Numbered from the whole stretch's first letter, positions 1-12,544 are shown. The stretch: DNA of 63,744 bases, filler included, from Octopus bimaculoides (GCF_001194135.2; 8 parts of 7 records of this genome joined end to end with filler, not necessarily neighbours in it); one strand, 5' to 3'. Notes: generated by a model not told the origin, from the sequence alone. Numbers and translations are program-made.

Positions 1-382
1 TGAGAAGGTGAATGACAAGGACCTTTTTGTGTGCACAGTCTGTGACAGACCATGTCTGTCCTTGGCTGGCCTCAAATCTCACCTGCGAACCCATGGAAAA
101 CAAACCTCATCCAGCTATTCTGATTATATGTCTGTGCACACGTTTGAATGTGGTGTGTGCCACAGGGTTTGCAAATCCAATGGGGGTCTTAAAAGACATG
201 TTAGGATCCACAATGAGCAGAACTTACCTGCAGGTATTGGTAGTGCAAATCAGAGGTGCAATCTGTGTGGGTGTTTTTTCAAAACACTGTCTGGTTTAAC
301 AAGCCACATCAGACGCCATGAAAGGGCTAAGGTGTAGGTGCAGGAGGTGGTCAAACTCTGTTTAAGGAGTAGACAACCACCA
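1..382 (+). mobile_element. 3' end of an RTE-clade LINE encoding three C2H2 zinc fingers
   Basis: ORF to TAG at 337 has CTVC..SHLRTH, CGVC..RHVRIH and CNLC..SHIRRH with non-TGEKP linkers. A short 3' UTR runs into a TA microsatellite, the same architecture as the RTE ending at about 45030. A host ZNF exon is the alternative. Confidence 0.65.
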
Positions 383-949
383 TATATGTATACATATATG
401 CATATGTATATATGACGGACATCTTCGTTGACTGCACCTCGCAGAAAACTTACTAGATTTCCTTCGCCAATCAAGACTACAGGTTAGCCGATACGTATCA
501 AGCAGTCACACATTACATTAGCACATTAACAGAAGGACTATGTGGGTTTTTTTGTCTTTGATGGTTCGTCATTATTTAATCTATTTTTATAGACAGCACC
601 ACGAAATTCAGAAGAACTGAGGGGAAGGTAAATATTACAAAGTCACACTGTGAGGGAACTAAGGATGTAAACACAGTTTTTCTGTGTTGACTTTGAAGCG
701 GTCCGTGAAGAAACTCACTCTGATTTACCACCTTATAAATAGCACAAAAACGATTTGCATTCAACAGTAATACATACACACACACATACACACATACACA
801 CACACACACACACACACATACACACACACACGCATAATTACACTCACAAAAGAGCACGCACACACATCCATACACACACTCTCTGTCTCACACACACACA
901 CATATATATACATATGATAGTTGACCTAGGTCGTTCGCCGTGTGAAGAT

Positions 950-1035
950 TCTGTTTCTCGATCAATTGCATCACTTATTGCTGAATTAACATGTAAATGA
1001 CTAAGCATTCCACGAGCAATTGTACACTTCACGTA
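950..1035 (-). mobile_element. Old SINE fragment of the family also at 22541, 31700 and 41141
   Basis: GATCAATTGCATCACTTATTGCTGAATTAACATGTAAATGACTAAGCATTCCAC aligns loosely with the reverse complement of 41300-41370. Confidence 0.4.
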
Positions 1036-2450
1036 AATCAAAGGAAGAATCAGCAGGATAAAGCTTCAGAGGAGAATGTGAATGACGAGTAAAAGACCTC
1101 CAAACGCTTCCACAAAGGGCTTCACACTTTCACTCACCCTCCATAAGTCGACACGAGGATATAGAAAATAATATTTGCGAAAGGCACCACATAGGGCGAA
1201 TGTATTAAGAACAAACATGACAGTCGTCGTTTTAATTCTCTCTATTTCCTGTACATATAATGATTTCTTATCAGCAAGCAGATTTCAACACGCATCAGAA
1301 ATTAACTTGCTGGCTGAAGTTATAAACAAGTCACCAACACTTCTTAAATACATTAGTCTAGGGTGCCTATGGCTAATGAGATCCAATGATGTCGAAAGAC
1401 GAAGCGTCTGAGAGTCGCCTTACGGTAATAAACACGCATTTTCCTGACATTAGTTGTTCTCCAATGACGAAACACAACAGCAATTAACGTAATCACATTC
1501 TAAACTGCCGGAACATATTAAGAATGAATATGCATGGCATAGATTTAATTCCCGCTGTCCACCATGCACATAAGATTTATAATCTGCTTAGTAGACCTCA
1601 GCACGCATTACCAAATAATTTGTTTGCTGAAGTCATAAGCAAGAGCCTTCCGAGGAACCTTTTCTGATCTTTTGTATATTAATCAGCAACTGCACGAGTG
1701 TATGTGTTGTCTGTAAACCTTTCGACATATACGGTCCAGCAGTACTTGTGCTCTCCGTATTCTTCAAAATGATAGCGAGCTGTATCCCCTATCAGATACA
1801 ATTAAGCTACAAAGGTACTGGACCACTGATACCTACGAAAAGATAATATCATCGAAGCGGGAACGCAGTCTACTCGCTAGAGGATAGGAGCTAGTTGAAC
1901 TCAAGAGTTATCATGGCCCAGCTAGGGGGTAACTTCATTTGAAAACCACAACAATGGGAGGAAATGGGCTTCAGTATCCCGCAGATTATTCAGAACCTTC
2001 TACACCGATAGAACGAAATCTGAGCGGTTATCAACGTTACACAATAAATTCCTCTTCATTTCGGATGGTCAATATAGAGATGGCGGTCGAGTCCTCACAA
2101 AAGAATACAACCTAAATAATCTCGACAGATTTAGGATTGAATTACATCTCTCTACAATCTTAGATTTTCCATTGCTATAAACATACGCCGCTATCATCAT
2201 TTTTCTTGCGAAAGTTTAACACACACTGCTACATTGCATCGCGTCACCCTACAGTTTAATGATAAATTGTTTATATATGTAACTTGACATAAAACAAACA
2301 TATATGTCTTGCGGTGGAGTGAAGACAAAGAGCTTCTTAAAATGCAGAAAAGGAAAAGCTTTGTATATTTCAGGTGAAAATATCTATCATCAGAAGTAAA
2401 CATGAAAAGAATTTTTGGTTTATACAAATACATGGTTTTTGGTTTATACA

Positions 2451-2612
2451 GGCGCAGGAGTGGCTGTGTGGTAAGTAGCTTGCTTACCAACCACATGGTT
2501 CCGGGTTCAGTCCCACTGCGTGGCACCTTGGGCAAGTTTCTTCTACTATAGTCTCGAGCCGACCAAAGCCTTGTGAGTGAATTTGGTAGACGGAAACTGA
2601 AAGAAGCCTGTC
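2451..2612 (+). mobile_element. tRNA-derived SINE, family A (5' half)
   Basis: A-box-like TGGCTGTGTGG and B-box-like GGTTCAGTCCC; near-identical copies at 8370, 14043, 16910, 32360 and 36822. Confidence 0.9.
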
Positions 2613-2949
2613 ACTAGTTCCTTGAAATACTCAGAACCATAAGACACTTGGCATCTTTTACTAATATTCTTCAGTGATACATGACTAAAAATCGAGGTAG
2701 GAGGAAAATGACCACCATATGTTTACTGAGGATACTCCATTCCAATGAGAATATCACCACTGCCACCGTAAGATCATTGTTGCCGAAATAGAAAGGTAAG
2801 ACCGCATTCCACATCTTGGTATTTTTTCACCGAAACAAATTTTATATTANNNNNNNNNNNNNNNNNNNNNNNNNNNNNNNNNNNNNNNNNNNNTTAATTA
2901 ATTAANNNNNNNNNNNNNNNNNNNNNNNNNNNNNNNNNNNNNNNNNNNN

Positions 2950-3255
2950 TATGTTGGCTGCTCAAGAGTGGGCAGCAAAAAAAACCTATTTGTATATGCT
3001 CCACAAGGGAAAACAAGGAACATTGTTTACAACGAGGTGTTATAATCACAACAGCAAGAAAGTATGTACATGATCACCTTCTTTTACGAAACTTCATTGA
3101 CTTTCATATATCTATATTGATATACATATATATACGTGTGTTTGGGTGCGTGTGTGTATATACATCTCTATATATAAAGATGATGCGTAGTCTAGACGGC
3201 GTTTTTAGATTTCATTATTCTCTTTAACCCGGGCAACGCCAGGTATTTCTGCTAG
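2950..3255 (+). mobile_element. Helitron 3' end: RepHel helicase C-terminus, hairpin and CTAG terminus
   Basis: 2950-3045 reads YVGCSRVGSKKNLFVYAPQGKTRNIVYNEVL*, typical of the Helitron PIF1-like helicase end. GC hairpin ACCCGGGCAACGCCAGGT at 3227-3244, then CTAG at 3252-3255 followed by T. Confidence 0.8.
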
Positions 3256-3329
3256 TATACTATAATGTGATATACATAAGAAAAATGAAAAATCTCAGAA
3301 AATTATTATGGGTAGAGTAGTGGGATAGA

Positions 3330-3607
3330 GATGCATGGCTTAGTGGTCAGGGTGTTGGATTCATGATCATATGGTCATGGTTTCAATTTCCAGACCAGGT
3401 AGTGCATTTTGTTTCTAACCAAAACAGTCCATTTCACATATCCCCGTTTCACCCAGCTAAAAATGAATGCCAGCAGCAGCTGAGTGTTAAACCTGAGATG
3501 GAATGGTATCCCATTCAAGAGTGAGTACTCTCTTCTCAGTCACTTATATTGCAACAGAAACCAGGACAAACTCCAGCCTAATGAGTATGTGGGCTCATGA
3601 CAGGCTT
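3330..3607 (+). mobile_element. Old tRNA-derived SINE (CORE-like central domain, tentative)
   Basis: TGGCTTAGTGGT A box, decayed B box GGTTTCAATTTCC; body shares CACCCAGCTAAAAATGAAT-like motif with 31700. Confidence 0.6.
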
Positions 3608-3839
3608 AAGATCTAAGGCCTAATGAAGCAGACATTATATATACAAAGTTCTTTCTGTCTGTCAAGCCATACAATAACTCTATGTTGATCCCAAAACATA
3701 ACAATGAGAAATTATGTGGAATTGCACAATTCTCTCTGCAATTATGATATCCATTGTATTTCTTTATGAGTTGCTTGATACTGTAAGCTCATGCAGTAAA
3801 GTAGCAAGAGTTTTTGTCACCCTATGAGGCAGCTAAAAT

Positions 3840-3978
3840 GGCTGTCCACTTTCTTAAACAGAAGTTTTGACTATAAAAAACACATAAAGTGGCCTCTCTG
3901 TGTAAACAACATAGAAAGGCCACTTTACACGCATGTGTTTGCTGTAGTCAAAACTTCTGTTTAAGAAAGTGGACAACC
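3840..3978. repeat. Long palindrome / fold-back MITE
   Basis: GTCCACTTTCTTAAACAGAAGTTTTGACTATA matches the reverse complement of 3943-3974 at 31/32; inner AAAGTGGCCTCTCTGTGT pairs with ACATAGAAAGGCCACTTT; loop of about 5 nt. Confidence 0.9.
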
Positions 3979-4819
3979 ACACTTTGCACATTTCATGCTA
4001 TGCTATGCTACTGAGTTCATATATATCCCAAAGAAATTATTTAGCTGTAGTGTAACATCTCGCTGTTGAAGTTAGTTGGTTCCTATGAATCACAAGGCTT
4101 GAACTCAGATGTCTAGTGATTTCACAACCCAATAGTAATGCCACACTGATTTTGTTAATAGTCTCTGAACAATATTTTGCTTAATATTCACATTCCTATC
4201 AATAATAGTAAAATTAGGTGGAAAGGAAATTTCTTTTTAAAGAAAACGTGAGAGCATTATTTGAAAGTTTGTGACAAAATGTATTTTAACAAAACATGAC
4301 TTTCTCACAAGATAAATCAATTATATCTTTAGAAGTTTTGCCTTCTGGGAGTAATGTTTTAGGCAAGACATGACTTTAGATTTAATAATTAATACCAAAA
4401 GTCAAGGTACATAAAAAAACTGCAATAAGAAATAATCTTAAGGCATTGACAATGTACACACGCACAAACAACCAGAAATGAAAAATAACAAAAAAACTTT
4501 AGATGTTTTATGCCTCCCTTTGAAGTTTTGCTTAAAGAATGAAACATAAAACAAACTAAGACAATTTTCTAGAATTAAAGAGACTTTTGTTAATAACACT
4601 GTTGATTATAGTATGGATATTTGTCAGTGTTCAATAGAAAAATACCTGATATTAACTATATCTTCGCAATTCACTGTGAGGGTGTGTATATATATGTCTG
4701 TGTGGGTGTGTGTATAATATATATGCTTGTGTATATATGTTATATCTATGTATGTGTATGCAAGTATATATACAACTATATCCATATCTATCTATCCCCT
4801 CACCCACACACACATATCC

Positions 4820-5050
4820 ATATGGTCAAAAGTACAAGTAAGACCATGAGGACAGGGAACACAGGTAGGCCATCAGAAACTTTTGCTAAACTACTTAAAA
4901 TAACTGGAATAGTTCTAGTAATTTGCATCTCCATTAAGGTGATACAGAAAAGTACAATATCCAATGACTGGTACAGCAGTATCATCATCAGCTATTATAC
5001 AGAAATGAAAGAAAACTGCCCCAGAAAGATAGAAACGAGTGCAGTAGTAT
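4820..5050 (+). mobile_element. RTE-like LINE fragment, N-terminal part of RT
   Basis: Translation MRTGNTGRPSETFAKLLKITG..VIQKSTISNDWYSSIII resembles the K.GKAPGP.GI.AELLK...IP.DW..SIIV block of LINE RTs. Confidence 0.6.
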
Positions 5051-5399
5051 CAAAATGATGGACCAAGAGAGAGAGAGAGAGAGGGAGAGGGAGAGAGANN
5101 NNNNNNNNNNNNNNNNNNNNNNNNNNNNNNNNNNNNNNNNNNNNNNNNNNNNNNNNNNNNNNNNNNNNNNNNNNNNNNNNNNNNNNNNNNNNNNNNNNTA
5201 CACACACACAATATATATATATATATACACACACACAATATATATATACACACATACACATATACATAAAAACATACACAATATATATATATATACATAC
5301 ACACAAACACACGTCCATACACATACACACTCTCATAGCCATGCAGCAATCCCAATTCAAGTAACAAATATTAATATTTCCTATTCATAGAACACAAAA

Positions 5400-6420
5400 G
5401 TATGTCTATTCATATGCAGGTATCTGAAAACCTTAAATGTAATTTTATTAATTAAGTCACCCTTGGCAAAAAGTATGAAAAATAACTCCAAGTTACATAA
5501 AGAACAGCTAGCTCTACCCTTGTCGTACGGAAACGACTTACCTATATAATCGACCATTCGAGAGAGTAATCTCTACTCTCGTCTTTCAATTGTCAAATTA
5601 AACTACTGAGCGCCGCATTATTTTGTTTATTCCTATCCCTAAATGTCGAGTAATGATTAGAAATTCGAGATTTCAAGTGAAGAAGCACCAATATAACTCC
5701 AAATCTTCTTATTAGTTAAAACATTACACCTATATACAATATTCTTAGTTTTTGCATTTGCACTAAGGAATCTAATTGTATTAGGATTAACTTCAGAAAT
5801 TTCTATTATGTTGTTACCATTAATATTGGAACTATTATTATCCTTGTTTACTTGGAACAGTGTCTCTAAGAGTATTATGATTGCTATCTATATTTATGCC
5901 AATAGAATCATGACAAGAATTAGAGGATAAAAGCTTTAAGTTATGAGCGGCAATAATTTGGGTTAAATTTTTGGTATTAGAAAAACCAAACCTTACCTTA
6001 TATGTGTTAATGACTTTATAGTAATGTGAGTTTTTAGGAAAATATTTACTAACTACATTTGATTAAATATTTACTAACTAAATCTGATTAAATTTGTTTC
6101 CCATATGGAAAAATGAACCATAAACTATCCTGTTTATTGGAATTATAACTTACATTATTTTTCATAAAAAACTTTAGTTTACCATTGTCAGTGCTAGACA
6201 CACGACCGTGGGATTGTGGTTCACGTTTGATCTTTCCAAGTTAACATTATCATTAGTATTAGTTTTATAATTAACCTTGCTACTATTAACACCTGCCTTA
6301 GAGGAAGCAGAATCTGGATTAATGTAGTACACCTTATCTTTATACCCTGCTTCAGACAAGGCAGAGTTATAAAACTTTGCCTCATCCTCAAAAACCAGAT
6401 TATTTGCAGTTGTAGTGTGT
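5400..6420 (-). mobile_element. Penelope-like element, RT C-terminus plus GIY-YIG endonuclease (decayed)
   Basis: Minus strand: ANNLVFEDEAKFYNSALSEAGY, NLTQIIAAHNLKL, KNIVYRCNVLTNKKIWSYIGASS (GIY-YIG) and CSLCNLELFFIL, in the same order as the copy at 57760. Confidence 0.85.
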
Positions 6421-6731
6421 GCATGGTGGTGTGTTGTGAAGTGATGTGAGGGTGTTGAGAGGTGGGGAAGGCAAAGGCGGGGTAGAGGTAGGGCAGGTCT
6501 GTAGGCAGAGGTTGTGGTGGGTGTAAGGAATTGGATGGGGTGGGGTGGGAAGGTAGAGTAGGAGTGTGTTGGGGTGGGATGAGCTGAGGGAGGGTTGAGA
6601 ATGAAGGAGGAGGGGTGACGATGAAGGGGAANNNNNNNNNNNNNNNNNNNNNNNNNNNNNNNNNNNNNNNNNNNNTTAATTAATTAANNNNNNNNNNNNN
6701 NNNNNNNNNNNNNNNNNNNNNNNNNNNNNNN

Positions 6732-6797
<66 letters not shown>

Positions 6798-7869
6798 TCA
6801 CACACCTATGCAAGCATTATTTATATATACAAATTTTTTATGAATATACAAAATATACATTTTACATACAATTATATATTTATATATATACAATGTATCA
6901 TATATATGTATATATTTGTAACTTGTGTCTATTATATATCTGTACACACATGTACACGTGCACACCCCCACATACACACACTCACTTACACACACACTTA
7001 TAAGTTCTGAGAAATATCACTGTTTCGTGTTTACGTAACTAATTTGGATTAGAGAGGAGGTTGACATTATTTATAAATATTGATGGATCGTTAAGCATTG
7101 GACAAAAATATAAAATTATATAAATTGATTTTCACAGGAGATTTACGATGATTGGAAAATAACAGAAAACCTAGAAAACGTTATGTGGATGTATTATATG
7201 TATTCAAAATATATTTGCATCCTTGTATATTTTCGAATAGATTTATCTGTGTATGTATGTGTATCAACAATATAAGTGTAATACTGTAGCAATTTTAGTC
7301 TTAAAGAATCGTGTGAAGGGGAAACTTGATATCACTATTGTATGCATTCATGTGAAGCAAGTAAAATATATACACAAACGTTGTCATTCTAAGATTCATG
7401 GTACCTATTGCAGATTAGGTAACGTGAAGCCAGAGACAGATTATGACTCATAAAGGCCCTAAACACTTAAAATCTTTTGGCGCCCCTCTTCCTCCCCTCT
7501 CTCTCTCTATATATATATGTATATATAATTCAAAATATAAACAACAAGGAACCATAACATAAATTTTTATTTTTCAAAAGGAAATAACACAAAGAGGAAG
7601 TTGAAAAATAATGTTTATTTTTATTATAGTTCCACTTTATGTGTACATGAAAAATTACTTCCTGTTTTTCCTTTTTTTTTTTTAAATGCAAAATCTTTGA
7701 TCCTTAGTATGATTACATGAACACTTTGAAATTATATCTCCTATCATATAACACATTTTGAATATTATTTTAGCACGTTTAAAGAGTTTTCATTTGTGGC
7801 ATAAACCATTTATCATTTCTGTTTTCCCATGATGCTTATTTTATTTAATGGTTTATCCAGCGCTTCGTA

Positions 7870-8340
7870 GAGCTAAAGTAATTATGTCAGTGAGAAACCA
7901 GTCATCGCTTGTTAGTCGAGGTATTTTAGGAGGCGCCTATCTTGCTATTTTGCAAATTCGAACGAAGCTGGTGGCTAAGACATCTGATGATTATAAACGA
8001 GTATTCTGGTTCGAACGGCGTGTCCCTACAGTAGCTATAATGGATTTGCTTTTCTTTTGGAAAGACTAATTTTTAGATTTCAGATGATATTGCAAATTAT
8101 ATAAATCTTACGCGGCCTCTGAGCAGAAACTTCCCAAAACATAATTCATTGGTGACTAAAAAAACACAATATCTTAGACCAGTTCGAGCAACTTGTTAGC
8201 CCATTCAGCAAGAGAAATTTTCTCGCTTCATCTTAATCTGAAACTGCTACCTCTTTTAGAGTATTGCCCTAATATATCCTCGACGTCCAAACTTAACACC
8301 ATCTTTGATCCCAGCGACACATCTTTAACAGTTAGATTTC
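7870..8340 (-). mobile_element. Very decayed Penelope-like RT core
   Basis: Minus strand MVLSLDVE, LLELV..TNELCFGKF, ATVGT, PKIPRLTSDDWF occur in the order of RT motifs A, B and C; several stops. Confidence 0.4.
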
Positions 8341-8369
8341 TTTATACCCTACATCTTTATATTCCCACA

Positions 8370-8533
8370 GGCGCAGGAATGGCTGTGTGGTTAGTAGCTT
8401 GCTTACTAACCACATGGTTTCGGGTTTAGTTCCACTGCGTGGCGCCTTGGGCAAGTGTCTTCTACTATAGCCTCGGACCGACCAAAGCTTTGTGAGTAGA
8501 TTTGGTAGACGGAAACTGAAAGAAGCCCGTCGT
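8370..8533 (+). mobile_element. SINE family A (5' half, runs into TA repeat and gap)
   Basis: High identity to 2451-2612. Confidence 0.9.
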
Positions 8534-8534
8534 A

Positions 8535-8569
<35 letters not shown>

Positions 8570-9867
8570 NNNNNNNNNNNNNNNNNNNNNNNNNNNNNNN
8601 NNNNNNNNNNNNNNNNNNNNNNNNNNNNNNNNNNNNNNNNNNNNNNNNNNNNNNNNNNNNNNNNNNNNNNNNNNNNNNNNNNNNNNNNNNNNNNNNNNNN
8701 NNNNNNNNNNNNNNNNNNNNNNNNNNNNNNNNNNNNNNNNNNNNNNNNNNNNNNNNNNNNNNNNNNNNNNNNNNNNNNNNNNNNNNNNNNNNNNNNNNNN
8801 NNNNNNNNNNNNNNNNNNNNNNNNNNNNNNNNNNNNNNNNNNNNNNNNNNNNNNNNNNNNNNNNNNNNNNNNNNNNNNNNNNNNNNNNNNNNNNNNNNNN
8901 NNNNNNNNNNNNNNNNNNNNNNNNNNNNNNNNNNNNNNNNNNNNNNNNNNNNNNNNNNNNNNNNNNNNNNNNNNNNNNNNNNNNNNNNNNNNNNNNNNNN
9001 NNNNNNNNNNNNNNNNNNNNNNNNNNNNNNNNNNNNNNNNNNNNNNNNNNNNNNNNNNNNNNNNNNNNNNNNNNNNNNNNNNNNNNNNNNNNNNNNNNNN
9101 NNNNNNNNNNNNNNNNNNNNNNNNNNNNNNNNNNNNNNNNNNNNNNNNNNNNNNNNNNNNNNNNNNNNNNNNNNNNNNNNNNNNNNNNNNNNNNNNNNNN
9201 NNNNNNNNNNNNNNNNNNNNNNNNNNNNNNNNNNNNNNNNNNNNNNNNNNNNNNNNNNNNNNNNNNNNNNNNNNNNNNNNNNNNNNNNNNNNNNNNNNNN
9301 NNNNNNNNNNNNNNNNNNNNNNNNNNNNNNNNNNNNNNNNNNNNNNNNNNNNNNNNNNNNNNNNNNNNNNNNNNNNNNNNATATATATATGTATATGTTT
9401 TTTGTATGTATGTATGTATGTATGATATGCATTTATATGAACATTTAGAATAAAGAAATGCAAAAGTTTTCTCAGATGTTTCGGAGTTTCCTTTCACGTT
9501 ATTTCGGTTGTTTCTATGACTATATATGTACATAAATATATACCCACGTATTTTATACATACTCAGGTGTACAAGAGCACACACATACTTTCAATCCATA
9601 TATTTATCTTTCTATTCAACTATTTATCTATGTATTTGGGTAGGAATAAGCTTAGGTTCATTGCATATACTGAGATATTTCCCTTTTCAAAAGAGTGTTT
9701 GAGCTTACAGTCACGTACAAATTGAATTGAAGTCATTATTACATACACAGTGCGGACAAATATGAATTGATATATTTAGATAAATTTTGATTTAATTATA
9801 TACAAAGATACATCCAAATAGACACATAGCCTAGTTTAGTTACACATACGTATTCACAACAATCCAC

Positions 9868-9900
<33 letters not shown>

Positions 9901-10197
9901 NNNNNNNNNNNNNNNNNNNNNNNNNNNNNNNNNNNNNNNNNNNNNNNNNNNNNNNNNNNNNNNNNNNNNNNNNNNNNNNNNNNNNNNNNNNNNNNNNNNN
10001 NNNNNNNNNNNNNNNNNNNNNNNNNNNNNNNNNNNNNNNNNNNNNNNNNNNNNNNNNNNNNNNNNNNNNNNNNNNNNNNNNNNNNNNNNNNNNNNNNNNN
10101 NNNNNNNNNNNNNNNNNNNNNNNNNNNNNNNNNNNNNNNNNNNNNNNNNNNNNNNNNNNNNNNNNNNNNNNNNNNNNNNNNNNNNNNNNNNNNNNNN

Positions 10198-10230
<33 letters not shown>

Positions 10231-10233
10231 GTA

Positions 10234-10283
<50 letters not shown>

Positions 10284-10289
10284 AAGTTA

Positions 10290-10321
<32 letters not shown>

Positions 10322-11049
10322 AAGTTATATATGTGTATTATATATACATATATATATATATCTACACACACACTAAAGTATATATATAGATAGATAGAGA
10401 GCTAAATAGATGGACAGATATATAAACAAAGGGAAGTGAACATATATGTACTTGTATGTATATGTACATATGTATGCATGCATATACACTTATACACACA
10501 CACACACACACACCTATATATATATATATACAAATTCAGGTTCAATAAAAAGCCTGTATATATAAATTGCGGTCATGTGTTCCATCACTAAAATTCTTTG
10601 AATATAATATTTTCTACACCATAACCCGATAATACCTATCAGACACAAGATAGGAACCCATACGATTGATAAAATTTCCATTAATTTGCATATTTCTCGA
10701 TATTCTTTCATAGTTATTCAAAGCCAGATATTTATTTTCGTGTAAGCCAGCTCATTATATGTACATCAAAAACCATCTAAAACATATTTATTTGGATATA
10801 TCCCTGAAATACAAACATATTGATATTTACTTTGCTTATTTATGCTTGAAACATGATAAATGCATTTTTGCATGAACTTAGATTCGCAAATACTACTTGA
10901 AAGTCTTACGATATCTGTAATCGCAGCATACGTGGACGTACTGATGGTGGGAATGTTGGGGATGTTGGTGATCATCTAATGTGAAAATATTCTCTTTAAT
11001 AATATTTTGATATTCATCAATTCGTATCCTATATGTTTGATCGTGACCA

Positions 11050-11095
<46 letters not shown>

Positions 11096-11180
11096 NNNNN
11101 NNNNNNNNNNNNNNNNNNNNNNNNNNNNNNNNNNNNNNNNNNNNNNNNNNNNNNNNNNNNNNNNNNNNNNNNNNNNNNNN

Positions 11181-11234
<54 letters not shown>

Positions 11235-11292
11235 CACGCATATATCTGTTATGTATGTGAACTTTCTGTAAGAATATATAGGTATATACATA

Positions 11293-11488
11293 TACGAACG
11301 AATGGAGAGTGCTGAAAAGTTCCTGGTTTTGAGTTAAGGGAAACACAGGAAGATCACTTGATTATGAATCACACACTCACTGCAGCGGCCTTTGAGTTTT
11401 CCAGAGCCTTGTAAAAGTAGTCGGAACGTTGGGCCTATACTCGAGCCCTTCGCGATACCTTTAATCCAGGAACTTTTCAGTGCCCTCT
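11293..11488. mobile_element. Mariner-type MITE
   Basis: TIRs GAGAGTGCTGAAAAGTTCCTGG (11305-11326) and CCAGGAACTTTTCAGTGCCCTC (11466-11487); no coding capacity. Confidence 0.8.
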
Positions 11489-11489
11489 T

Positions 11490-12540
11490 GGAGTTTTCTC
11501 TTGTAAATCAATTTTTGTGAACCCATGGATAGACAAAAAAAAATTTGTGTTGCGTATGAATATGAGTTCTGTTGTGGAACAAACGATTCCCAGACAGTTT
11601 GAAACATCAGTGAGGTGTTTGGTGAAGATGTTGCGAAAGAGTGCACTGTACATCGATGATTTGAGAAGTTCCGGTCTGGTGACTTTACTCTTGAGAATCA
11701 GCCCCGTGGTAGACTTAGGACCAATGTGGATAATGATGAGTGGAAACTGTAGTGGAAGCGGATACATCTCAAACAACCCGTGAGTTAACAGCAAGGTCTG
11801 ATGTTTCGATTCCAACTGTATTGGACCATCTGAAACAAATCGGCAAGGTAAGGAAGTTGGTCAAGTGCGTACCACACGAACTGAACAAGCATCAAATGAC
11901 ACCTCATCTTGAAACTTGCTGTTCTTTGCTGTCAATGGCATAAGAGCGAACCATTTTTTGTATAGAGACGAAGTTCCAAAACACAATCCAAAAATGAATA
12001 TTCAAGAAAAGCAAATGGTGGTCCAGTGGTGGTGTCATCCACTACAACTTCATGAGACCTGGTAAGTCAATTACAGCGGGTGTATACATCAACCAACTAA
12101 ATGAAATGATGAGTGAGCTTGCAACTAAACAACTGAGTTTGGGCAATAGAGACAGGCCAATTCTTTTGTAAGACAATGCTCGACCACATGTTGCACAAAG
12201 AACACTATTCAAGTTACAGGAACTGAACATGGAAGTACTCTGTCGTCCACTATATTCATCAGACCTTGTACCAAATTGCACCTACTCACGTTTTCCAAGC
12301 ATTAGACAAAACTTTTGCAAGGAAAAAAACTTCAAATCCGAAGATGCAAAAGCAGCCTTTCGTGATTTCATCACCTCTTGCTCTCCAAAATTATTCGCTG
12401 CCGGCATAGATAAGCTACCGATAAAATGATAAAATTATGTTGATAATTTAGGTGTATACTTTGATTAACTGCATCGCTTTTTGTTGGGACATAGTAAAAT
12501 GAACTCTCTGTTCAAAATCGGACATTTCATTCTTAATGAC

Positions 12541-12544
<4 letters not shown>
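11490..12544 (+). mobile_element. Decayed mariner transposon
   Basis: Pieces read VFGEDVAKECTVHR*FEKFRSGDFTLENQPRGR, CVPHEL (WVPHEL motif), DNARPH and YSSDLVP (YSPDLAP motif). Frameshifts and an internal deletion over the first catalytic Asp. Ends ...TTAATGACCTGA then TA. Confidence 0.92.

Noticed and set aside
576-1041. ORFs rich in HT/CV/YI/poly-I/poly-N throughout the window
   Set aside because: Translations of CA, TA and AAT microsatellites.
2894-2905. TTAATTAATTAA islands centred in N runs (also near 6676, 20213, 29155, 34070, 36726 and 60220)
   Set aside because: Identical 12-mer with stops in all six frames, always inside N padding; a scaffolding gap marker, not biology.
6421-6631. 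G-rich strand-asymmetric tract (G-quadruplex candidate)
   Set aside because: Low-complexity sequence at a contig end with no supporting context.
7979-8024. Hammerhead-like GACAT-CTGATGA...GAAC-GGC-GTGTC
   Set aside because: GAAA and the NUH site are broken, there is no credible stem II, and it lies antisense within a probable Penelope RT remnant; likely chance.
8332-9584. Long ORFs in the track that span N runs (also around 13000, 21300, 35100, 40500, 45000 and 54000)
   Set aside because: Open only because N codons translate as X.
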